Part shown: positions 36,595 to 47,407 of the stretch, piece after piece
How positions within the stretch are numbered: position 1 is the stretch's first letter
How the letters are laid out: each line of letters starts with the position of its first letter
Origin: Neoechinorhynchus agilis
Lineage: Eukaryota; Animalia; Acanthocephala
Assembly: GCA_051530055.1 (NCBI GenBank)
Contig: CM121341.1
Coordinates: 5,558,784 to 5,622,783, forward strand
Length of the DNA: 64,000 nucleotides
Reading direction: 5' to 3'
The notes under the pieces: generated by a model
Databases searched by the model: none
Seen by the model: only the letters and a program-made list of their open reading frames with translations
What the model was told of the DNA's origin: nothing
Translations under genes and position numbers: made by a program

Positions 36595-37298
36595 ATGGGT
36601 CTATGCCGATGTGAGGCTCTCCAAGTGACCAATTTATTCTGCTATGAGCACCAAGTCAACGTGTGTGAGGAATGTATGATTTCTGAGCACCCACAGGTTA
36701 GCGCTGTCCCTAAAAAGATCGTCATTCAGAACCACTTTTGCTGACCACTACTTTTTAGTGCATCATTCACTCCTATGTCCAATGGCTCAAATCTAGCGAC
36801 TATAAACCAATTTGCGCACTGTGTAAGGAATCGCTTACTGTCCGTCCCACTGTTCGTCTTCTATGCTACGGTAAGCATTGTAAGACTTAATATCTCAAAA
36901 GAAAACGATTATTCCAAGACGTTGTTCATTGCGATTGTCTTCAACAACAAATCCACTCTGAATCAATCACGAATTGTCGATGTCTGCAATGCGGGATGCT
37001 TATATGGCCACCAGATCAAATCCATTCAAGACTAGCCCATAATCTAAGACGTGAACTTACTAGAGGAAAGAAATGCACCCTCAAAAGCGATGCTGAAGAG
37101 GACGATAAATACTCAAAGAATGATTCGTCGCCAAATACCATTATCTGCTGTCCTTTAGTACGTGGAAGATTGAGATCAGTTCAAAGAAGATTGGTCAGGC
37201 GGAGCACAGTTCCACGATACATCACTAAACTCACGGCCGCTTTTTTATTACTCTTTTTGTTCATGGGTGTCCTTGTTATAACGAAAAGCTTTGCATAA
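36595..37298 (+). CDS. ZFPL1: Zinc finger protein-like 1 (B-box/RING-like, C-terminal TM), 3 exons
   Basis: Splicing two GT-AG introns gives [34 protein letters not shown]|[22 protein letters not shown]...TVRLLCY|DVVHCDCL, the ZFPL1 N-terminal signature, ending in a hydrophobic anchor. Confidence 0.92.
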
Positions 37299-37404
37299 AG
37301 CAAATAAATCTAAGCACCGAAATCATGGACAACTTTCAATGTCTTTAGTGCGCTTTTTACTCCATTCAAACACACACTCGGAAGCGATCACATTGGTATC
37401 TTTA

Positions 37405-40400
37405 CTAGAGATCGGGTTTCTCAACGGGCCATACTATTTGAGTACAAAAACCACGCTCGTCGCAATCCGACGAATTAACCACAGAAATCCGAAACATTAT
37501 CCCTTTCACAGAACTCTTCAGTTCCGGAATCGGCATTGCCCATTTCGCAACTACAGCATCATTTAGATCACTTTTTAATACATGGCATTCCGTCTTCCTC
37601 CCAACATAGATGACTTTCTCAATTATCCGCTCCTGAACAATAGGGCAGCGAGAAGGAGCAATAAATACAGATACCTGAAACTGAAAGCGTCCCCGAGGCG
37701 CCACTGAACTCCATGACAACAATAGAGTGCCACGTCCAATACTTACGATCTTTACGCTCGATTTAGGTATCAAATCTTGCTGGCAACTCTTAAATAGAAC
37801 ACTCCGTGACCACTCACTTCGACCCCGAGTGTTCATGGCACATACCCTAAACTCATAGGCCGTTTTAGGAACAAGATTCCGTCGTCCAATTCGCCGTCCA
37901 GTCGAACCTGAGATCGTCTTATCTATCTCGTTCCAGCAACCAATCTCTTTTATCAAGCGCTAAAAAAGATTGTTTGCTTTAATTAAATGTACAATTGATA
38001 TTCCATTTACTGAACTTTTAACTCGACGAAAAACCGGACGAATCCAGTAGTCTTTTACTTCAAAGTTATTTGAGTTAAAGAATCCAACATCATACCATGA
38101 CCCGTCGAGTTCAAGTGATTTTAAAGGGACACTGTCATTCCCGTCGAGCTGTATGAGCTCATTCTCGTCGTCGTCGATCTCACACTGAGTCGGAATTTCA
38201 CTGACGGATGCCGGGTTTAAAAGTCGAAGATCTGCTAATCGAAGAAGTTAATTGCAAAATAAAATTGTTCGGGAAAGAAAACACGGCAATTATATGTTGA
38301 TAGGAGAGATAAATGAAATTAAGATTTTATTGGATATTTTGATCCACTATCTCGGATCTTCTTCAGCGATTGTTAAAGTATGCGAATAAAACACTTTAAC
38401 AATCGCTGAAGAAGATCCGAGATAGTGGATCGAAATATCCAATAAAATCATAATTTCATTTATCTCTCCTATCAACAAATAACAATGAATTATCTTTTCA
38501 ACGTGGCAATTATATGTTGATAGTCAATTCGAAATGGCAAAAAGAATAAAAAAAATCTTAAAAGCTACGATAAGCGAGAGAAATTGTCTGTGTAAACACA
38601 AACTTTTAATAAGGCTCAGCGGGTAAACTCTTGTCAGAATTATAGGAAATTCAATCGAACTTAGCGATTTGTACGCAGATCCTTGACGGACTGCGTCTGT
38701 CAAACGACTTCCACTGGTTGTTGCCGTTTCGCCATCCAAGGGTAACAATCCTTTTGAATCAACACTTGACGGATTTGGGCGGTAAATATTGCCGGAATCC
38801 AATGATGGAACAGACGACCACGACTCTATTATCGGTCTTTTACGCGTCCCAGACCAACTTCGTTGATTTGAATTCAGCGACTTTTTATTATTCCGTACGG
38901 GTGTCTGAAGAGGTGAATCTTGACAACGTTGTAATGGTTGCACTTTAGGCGAAGATACATCGTGTATTGCATAGTTCGCCATTTCCTGTTTCATAATTTT
39001 GAGTTGCTTCCGATATGAACCCCGTGAAATCTGTTTATCGATAAACTTTTGATTTGCAATATCCTCAATCACTAACAAAAGTTCTTCTTCTCCAGAACTG
39101 AGCTCGTCATCGTTCGTCCCGCTTTTCGGTTCCAGTCTTTTTACTTGTACAAAGTAGAGATCAGTGCATGAGTGAGCAGTCACACTAAAATGAAATACGG
39201 CATCTACATAACTGATCAATTTGAAGTCCAGAGGAATACATGGCGCAACGGTGTCGAGGATCCATGTGTCGTCTTCTATACTGACTGTAGGATATTGGCA
39301 AAGTCCACCAAACATCCATATTCGTCCACATGCACCAGTAAGACAATGCCCCATCCGTGGTTTCGGAGCTGCACTATCAGGGCAATCCTTATGAATTCGA
39401 TTCCATCTCATTTTTACCAAATCTAATGCATATGTCTGGTTGGTACAGCGACCCGCTTTTTCCACTGAATTCCGTACCCATCCACCAAATGTTATTATCT
39501 TGCTGCCTTTAAGATATACGGCCTGATAGCTGCTTGGTTCAGGAAGGATCGAATCGCTCAAATGGATCACTTTCCAGAACTTCGCAAAAACATCAAGAAT
39601 GTATAAATCTCCAAAACTCTGCTGACCATTGTTTCCGCCGAATATGATCAGAAAATCGTGGGATATTCTTCTTTCAAATAAGACAATACTGGAATGGCCC
39701 TCACGTGGACTTGGTATATCACCGTTGACTCGATGCTTTTGTCGACCGCTGAACGTTTCCAATAGAGGAGATTAGTCTCTTTACACGGAGAGCGTACGAA
39801 CCCTTCTTTTTGGTGAGTATCCGCTACTTTGACTCTTCTAATGAAAACTTTCGAAATCAGGGTTGAAGTCAGAATTTTTTAATGAGTCCAACCAAATTAC
39901 ACAGTGACCTCTTCTATGTGCTGAAGTGTGTTAAAGACCTTTACCGGACATTGACAAACGGTAGGGATTTGCGAGGCAAACTATCCAAAGGATTGGGATG
40001 AATATTCACCGCCTTACCAGCTCAATTGCTTATTTGTACATAAAAATTATAAGGTAAATAACAGAGAATGTGACATAAACACAACCTATGAAGGGTTTTT
40101 ATTATTCCAAACACGGCCGAATGGGCACCCGCAGTTCACCGATTTAGGTCTGGGAAGTGCTGGTCTGCGCTCAATGCTTATAAGTTTGTATCCCTCTGGG
40201 TTCTCAGATACCTCCCCCGACGAGGCGGGACTCTTCAGTGAGTTTCATCTTCCCTTCATCGAGGTATTAAGTCCCCTTCGGTTGTGCGTCGTCGACGGTA
40301 ACGGATTTGAACCTGTTGACCCAACAAACTGGGATCAGGAGCATTAGTCCACTTGACCACCTCGACACAACTACGGAATGTACAAACATCGCCACACATT

Positions 40401-41068
40401 GGCCTGGATTCAATTTTACCGGCTGATCCACCCATAAAAATGGTACAAAAAACAACCTTTCGACAAAAGCATCGTCGTAGCCTGGAAACGTGAGTCCATG
40501 TAAGATTCGTAGATGAAACATCGAGAGCATACACATCATTCAGATACTTGTTTGGTGGTGTCTTCACAAGTTTCATAAATGGCGACCAGTTGTTTATGGT
40601 GGACGTCGAGGAGGATGTGGTTACTCCCCCAAACAAATACACCCGCTTCGAATCCGGTGAGTACGCGAACGAGTGCCCCATTCGAGCAAAAGGAAGATTC
40701 CCACTAATATTAACATTTCGTAAGGTCATTCGTTTGACGTCGAATTCATAAAGGCGATCAGATAGGTCGCCATCCGATCGTACTCCTCCGAATAAATACA
40801 CTCTTTTACGAACGGCAACGATAGAATAACACGCTATTCCATCGAAAGGAAGCCCCATGTGGAGCAGACGACCATTGGACCATTCTCGAGTACATGGATT
40901 GAACAAAAAGTACATATTAACCATTGAAGTTCTATCGGCCCCGGACAATATTAGTATATTGCCGTCAGCTAAAAGCACGGCATGGTTCGCATAACAAGAT
41001 TTGTAACTTTTGGTTTTTGATGAAGCGAAGTTCAGTTCCATCCATTTAATAGGACCGGCACTTTGCAT
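37405..41068 (-). CDS. HCFC1: Host cell factor 1-like (N-terminal Kelch repeats, C-terminal FN3 repeats)
   Basis: Kelch motifs RVYLFGG, ARMGHSF, YLNDVYAL, PSPREGHSS, ITFGGWV and PKPRMGHC. C-terminal WYDVGF...YW and PKTAYEFRVCAMNTRGRSEWS as in HCF1. About 4 exons. Confidence 0.85.
38296..38476. repeat. Near-perfect foldback (arms ~84 bp) in an HCF1 intron
   Basis: GTTGATAGGAGAG...TTAAAGT / ACTTTAA...CTCTCCTATCAAC. GGCAATTATATGTTGATAG is also directly repeated at ~38285 and ~38505. Confidence 0.93.
40183..40387 (-). mobile_element. tRNA-derived SINE-like copy with a longer tRNA-like head, inside the HCF1 intron
   Basis: GTAGTTGTGTCGAGGTGGTCAAG...CAGGTTCAAATCC...GAAACTCACTGAAGAGTCCC...GAGGTATCTGAGAA. 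Confidence 0.8.
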
Positions 41069-41194
41069 GGCCCTGGTAAGGTTCTGAAATGTAATGTAAG
41101 GATTTTTATCATTACAAGCTAAAAAAACCAAGAAACCATAAAAACACGTTTTATTGTACAAGATTTCTGGGTACTCGTGAACACTCGAACCATA

Positions 41195-42640
41195 AGATTG
41201 GTTCCTTGAATGTGGTTATTGATTTTGGAGTGAATGACGGGTCCGGTCGATTGATTGAGAATAGATGATAATTCGCGCCGAGGAGTGCTTTTGAGGTTGG
41301 ATCTTTTCTCGGGTTCATTCAGGTTATGATATCCGAGAGAAGATTGGGCGATGTGGAAAAAAAGAACGGAGGTGCGTGGTTAAGGGGGGATGAAACGAAT
41401 TGGGATTACGAGTGTTGTACTCATGCAGAAAAATGAACAAAATGTGGTAAAAATTGTAATGGTAGTGGTAGAATTGAGAGGCGTTTTGATTGTCCATTGA
41501 AAATCTTATAAAGGCATTCGGTCAGAGCGAAGAAAAATCAACTGTGCAAATTTTAGATGCTCTTTTATGAAACATTTCAAGACGACGGATTTGTGATTGG
41601 GAAAGGTTGCAAAAGACAGGATAACCGCATGCGAGGGATCATAGGATTCTGATAGATTCTTTGAATGTGGTTATTGATTTTGGAGTGAATGACGGGTCCG
41701 GTCGATTGATTTAGAGTAGATGATTATTCGTGTCGAGGAGTGCTTTTGAGGTTGGATCTTTTCTCGGGTTCATTCAGGTTATGATATCCGAGAGAAGATT
41801 GGGCGATGTGGAAAAAAAGAACGGAGGTGCGTGGTTAAGGGGGGATGAAACGAATTGGGATTACGAGTGTTGTACTCATGCAGAAAAATGAACAAAATGT
41901 GGTAAAAATTGTAATGGTAGTGGTAGAATTGAGAGGCGTTTTGATTGTCCATTGAAAATCTTATAAAGGCATTCGGTCAGAGCGAAGAAAAATCAACTGT
42001 GCAAATTTTAGATGCTCTTTTATGAAACATTTCAAGACGACGGATTTGTGATTGGGAAAGGTTGCAAAAGACAGGATAACCGCATGCGAGGGATCATAGG
42101 ATTCTGATAGATTCTTTGAATGTGGTTATTGATTTTGGAGTGAATGACGGGTCCGGTCGATTGATTTAGAGTAGATGATAATTCGCGCCGAGGAGTGCTT
42201 TTGAGGTTGGATCTTTTCTCGGGTTCATTCAGGTTATGATATCCGAGAGAAGATTGGGCGTGTGGAAAAAAAGAACGGAGGTGCGTGGTTAAGGGGGGTG
42301 AAACGAATTGGGATTACGAGTGTTGTACTCATGCAGAAAAATGAACAAAATGTGGTAAAAATTGTAATGGTAGTGGTAGAATTGAGAGGCGTTTTGATTG
42401 TCCATTGAAAATCTTATAAAGGCATTCGGTCAGAGCGAAGAAAAATCAACTGTGCAAATTTTAGATGCTCTTTTATGAAACATTTCAAGACGACGGATTT
42501 GTGATTGGGAAAGGTTGCAAAAGACAGGATAATCGCAGGCGAGGGATCATAGGATTCTGATAGATTCTTTGAATGTGGTTATTGATTTTGGAGTGAATGA
42601 CGGGTCTGGTCGATTGATTGAGAATAGATGATAATTCGCT
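41195..42640. repeat. Tandem array, ~455-bp unit x3.2
   Basis: TTGAATGTGGTTATTGATTTTGGAGTGAATGACGGG recurs at ~41206, 41661, 42116 and 42570. Confidence 0.95.
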
Positions 42641-42909
42641 TCAAGGAAAGTTTGCTAGTTTCGGCCGGTTAATTTATGTTAGGGCGATACAACTTCCATA
42701 AGCATCACCCCTGAGCTCCGGGATTTGTAGGGTGGATTGTCCATTGGAGAGTAGACTTGATTTTGATCCAGAAATACACGGACTATAGGTATTACGACTC
42801 AAAAATGTGCCACCACGACCACTTTGTCACAATCGATGAGAAGAAATCAAGAAGACCGTCGAAGTTCGCTAATATTCATTATTGCATCCAATTGTTTTTC
42901 CGGGTGGTT

Positions 42910-43115
42910 ATGTGTTCTCAATAGCGAATTGTTACACACTCGAGCTTTATTATTGAAATCTTCATTGCGAATTTTCAAGACCTCAGCCTCTTTCTCGAGC
43001 ATTGATTGTAAGTTCTTATAAATTTAAGTTCGGCTGAGAGGCTGAGGTCTTGAAAATTCGCAATGAAGATTTCAATAATAAAGCTCAAGTGTGTAACAAT
43101 TCGCCATTGAGAATA
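42910..43115. repeat. Foldback element (arms ~75-80 bp)
   Basis: TTCTCAATAGCGAATTGTTACACACT...CCTCAGCCTCT and its reverse complement. An arm fragment also occurs at ~4537-4577. Confidence 0.9.
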
Positions 43116-43409
43116 TTCATTATGTTTGAAGATTGAACTGTTCATATTTTGGTTGTTTTATGGCGCTCCTGTGTGCATTCTGTTCGAAATAAATAAAAGA
43201 ATATGCGAAATCATTTGTGGGCCACCAAACCAACAATTTACAAAGGAGAATTAAAGAACACAAATATGGGCTCTGAGGAGAGGTTCCGCAATACTCAACC
43301 ATTTTGGCACGCAATGAAACAAAATGGGACCGTTTGATTTTAGAGGCAATATTCATTCGTCAAGTTTTATAATTGATGGAAGGCATCTTTGTTGCGTACT
43401 CGCATTGTT

Positions 43410-43661
43410 ATATATAGATTTTCCCAAAACGTTCAAGAGTACGATGTTTTTTATTTTTATTTTGTCCGAATTTTCGCCGCTTCACGGCTTCTTCGGGGAC
43501 TCGCTCACTTGTTTGCAAGTTTTTTCTTTTTTTTCCTTTTTTTTCCAACTTTGATTGAAAAAACTTGCAAACAAGTGAGCGAGAGTCCTGAAGAAGCGGC
43601 GAAAATTCGGACAAAATAAAAAAAACATCGCACTCTTGAACGTTCTGGGAAAATCTATATA
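43410..43661. repeat. Foldback element (arms ~105 bp)
   Basis: ATATATAGATTTTCCCA...TTGCAAGTTTTTTC / GAAAAAACTTGCAA...TGGGAAAATCTATATAT. Confidence 0.9.
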
Positions 43662-44904
43662 TTCGTCAAGTGGAAACAGCAGACGGGGGACTTTGATCAA
43701 AAGGCGTACAAGATTGTGTGCCTCCGAAACTAATGGGAGATTTTAAAATCGTCATTTCGATTTCTACCCCATTAAACAACCAAACATTCATTATGCCGAA
43801 TTTATGTTCTTCCAGAAGCAATGTAGCCTAGATGTTTTCACTCAGTTGAAACAGAAATGAAGTGGAAATGCTGTCGAGCACCAATTTTTCAAATTAACAC
43901 GTTGATATAACTTCGATCTTTAAATTGTTCACAAGTTTAGGGAGTTTTTCAACTCTATCACGTAGATTTTAACTCCTGAAGCCTCCATGGAACAGCTAGA
44001 CATTGTTTCGATTCTTACATTTTTTGCTAAATAGTTCTTTACAAACAAAACAAATGTACAACAACAAATCGTTTAAACAATCAACACCGTCCACAAAGAA
44101 GAGGCATCGCTCGCCCCTCAGTGGCGTTCCCTCTTTGGATCGCGATACCAATATTTTGGCGTATGAAGGCCTACATTCGAAGACTTAAAATTCGCTCTAC
44201 GGTTTAATGTAAATTCTTTCGTGGTCATTTTTCACTCAACGTTTATTTTATGTTGCGCTCTTTCATGAGAGAAGAACGAAATATTGAGATCAATAAATCA
44301 GTCTATCTTTATAATCACTAAAAGTTTTCATTCTTGCTTATAACCTTCGTGATAACATTCGGGTGGCGATTCACACCCCCAAAATCAGTTTTGTAATATT
44401 TCGTGGGCCAAACATCTGAAAAACCGAATTGCTGGTATGGCCCTTCGAAATCTTACGAAATAAAACTGATTCTCGGGTTGTGAATCGCCTCAAGAGGAAT
44501 ATTTTTTATGTTATCTGAAAAACTCTTAAAGTCCTTGTGCAATTTTTGATCATCACGTTGAAAGCAAAGTATTGAACCAGTTGTACGGCTTAAAATTTGC
44601 GTTTGGAAACAAAGAATTTTAAGATTCGTTTTTTAATTGTGAAAAAACTATGCACACAGATGATTATGACTTTTGGTGAAGATAATATCAGTTTAATCGA
44701 TAAAAATGACTCTGATTCAATCAGTCGAAATACATTCGTCTTCAATTAGTGTCAACAGGCGACCTAAGCAAAAATATGAACTTTAGGTCTGATATTTCGG
44801 CATAAAATTGTATCTTTATCAAGGTTGTTATTTTGTCGAAATATAGGATTTAATAGGTTTTCTTTTAATTTTTAGGCTTCAAACAAAATTAAAACATTCC
44901 AAGA

Positions 44905-45440
44905 CGAGAGAAAATCCACATCGGGATTGTTAAATTTTGACTTGTGTGGTGGGTGAAGAATACTCGCCCGGTTAAAAATCATTTTATTCTAATGAAATAT
45001 TTCGAAAGAGAGGAAACCTCGCCTTCTCAGTCGTCGTAAACAATCGCAAACTCAGATTGAGAAGGCGAGGTTTCCTCTCTTTCGAAATATTTCAGAAGAA
45101 TAAAATGATTTTTAACCGGTCGAGTATTCTTCACTCACCACACAAGTCAAAATTTAACATCCCGATATGGATTTTCTCTCGATATGATTTGTGGCATTAT
45201 TTGAAGAATCATATCGATAGAAAATCCACATCGGGATTGTTAATTTTGACTTGTGGTCGGTGAAGAATACTCGAACGGTTAAAAATCATTTTGTTTGAAG
45301 ATTGAATTGTTCATATTGATAAAAGAAATCTTTTTATTGTTCGCGAAATATTTCGAAAGAGAGGAAACCTCGCTTCATCCGGGTCATTGTTTCGCAAGTC
45401 AAAATTTGCCATTCCGATATGGATTTTCTCGATATGACAG
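44905..45440. mobile_element. Dispersed foldback family A copy with an adjacent degenerate core
   Basis: Nearly identical to the 20.5-22.5 kb units, including the head-to-head junction. Confidence 0.9.
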
Positions 45441-47407
45441 ATAGTTTCATTGAAGACTGAAAAGGGAGGAAGGTTCTAAATGAACAACATTTGGACATGG
45501 ATCCTCCGATCTTAAGAGAATGCGCAAATTCGTGATTAATTGCGTTCGGGTTGATATTCCCGAGATTCAGATGTTCATAATTAGGACACGAGGAATCCCA
45601 GCGACTCTTTGTTAGGTACCTTATCCCTGGAATTAGGTCGTCGGCTTTTCGATGTACCGAGCGCTTCGTATTGTCCTTGTAAACCTGGATGTGGGAATAT
45701 TCGGACCGTACTTGTTGATTTCGGAAAAGACGATTTTAGCTATACAAACTGAGTTGGCCGGGTTGTTGCGAGAACCAGTTTGTTGTCGACTCTCAATTGT
45801 TTGTTCTTGCGAAAGTGTTGATTTCGAGGGTGTTTGAGCGGGTAATTTTCGTCATTTCAATAATAATCCCAACGATAACTGTTAATGAACGGAATCTGCA
45901 AACTAAAAAACCTTAATATTGAAATTATTTTTTCCATTCTACAAAATGTTATAGCCACACCACGGCCCCCATACGGATTAATTTTCTCTATCAAAATTTA
46001 ATTTAGTCGCCTTCCGGATTTAGTTTTGAACCTGTTCATTAAGCTGAACCGACAGTCAACACTCGAGGTTTAAAGTGCCACAAATCCCGTCTTCATTCTT
46101 AAAGGCATAGCGTCATTGAATGTTGGGATTGAACTAGTTATATATTTGTAAAGATGTTCATAATTGTAACTTTTTCTTAGGGAATTATCAAATAATTGAT
46201 AATTTTCGGCCTTCTTGGGTCTATTGATTGTAACTTTTGAAATATTCTCACACATCGAAGGTCGAAAATTATCAAATAAATCAATTATTTGATAATTCAC
46301 TAGTTGTTTATTTCTGTTCAATAAAATTACGGACAATTTAGGTGGCATTCTCATTCGACTTTGGTATAAACCTTGAAAACTTTGTGATGGGACGTTTCAC
46401 ATCATATTTGTCAAAATCAAAATTCTATTGTTTTACAATGTATTCAGGAAATCGTTTATCTAGATAATGATGACATAACGGTTTGATAAACCTTACAATC
46501 ACAGCGATGAGCATCATATTTTTCCCTCAAAAAATTGAAATACTTCAATTATTGACAAATTACTGTTTTGAAAGTATTTATACATTGATACCAATTCACT
46601 GAAAACGTGATTTAGCACACTTAATTCCATGCGGGCTCCCATTTTTTTTAAAGTTTTATTTATTTTCGCAAGCTAAAGAAGCTTGACACTTCAATTCAAA
46701 ATATTAAAAGCGCTGCAGCACGATCTTATATTGGCGCTGAAGAGACATTGCTAGACAGTCTCGGGTTTTTGCGTAGATTTACTTAGACATTGATATTGTC
46801 AAATGAATAATGACGACTGGCCCAATCAATAGCATTCGAATAGACGCAATCAGTGAATGTTAGAAGAGCACTACCAAACCAAAGAGTATTTGAACCGTCT
46901 GCGAAGAATCTCGAGCTCTTTCCATGAAGTCGAAGAAGATAATTGTAGCATTTAAAAGAAGGCAGGCATTTTCTGTGTCTCATTTATTATGCATGTTCGC
47001 CGTGATCAGGTTTGATAGATTTAATGTTACATTAATATTCTTGTTCACTCAGTTAAAGCAACGGGGTCAGATTTGGATATTGGAATTATCCACCATTGAT
47101 CACACTGAGATGAACTTTACAGGTTGGCAAAGTCGGTCTTCGCGATCATTCGTTTTGTAATCGCCATGTTACTCAGAGCAGGGGAGCACCCAAACGCGAC
47201 TCGACATTTAAAATCGGGTTATTGATGATCGAATTTCATTTATGAATATCACGACCGAGAACTGGAGTCTTTAGCTCTATAGTCTTGTTTGCACGCGATT
47301 TAGACGAATCACTATCTTATTGATGTCAATTTCCTCGTTTTAAGTCCATTTCACGTTTCCTTTTTTGGATATTGCTTTATTTATACAGAGATTTTTGCGA
47401 CTGCAGT

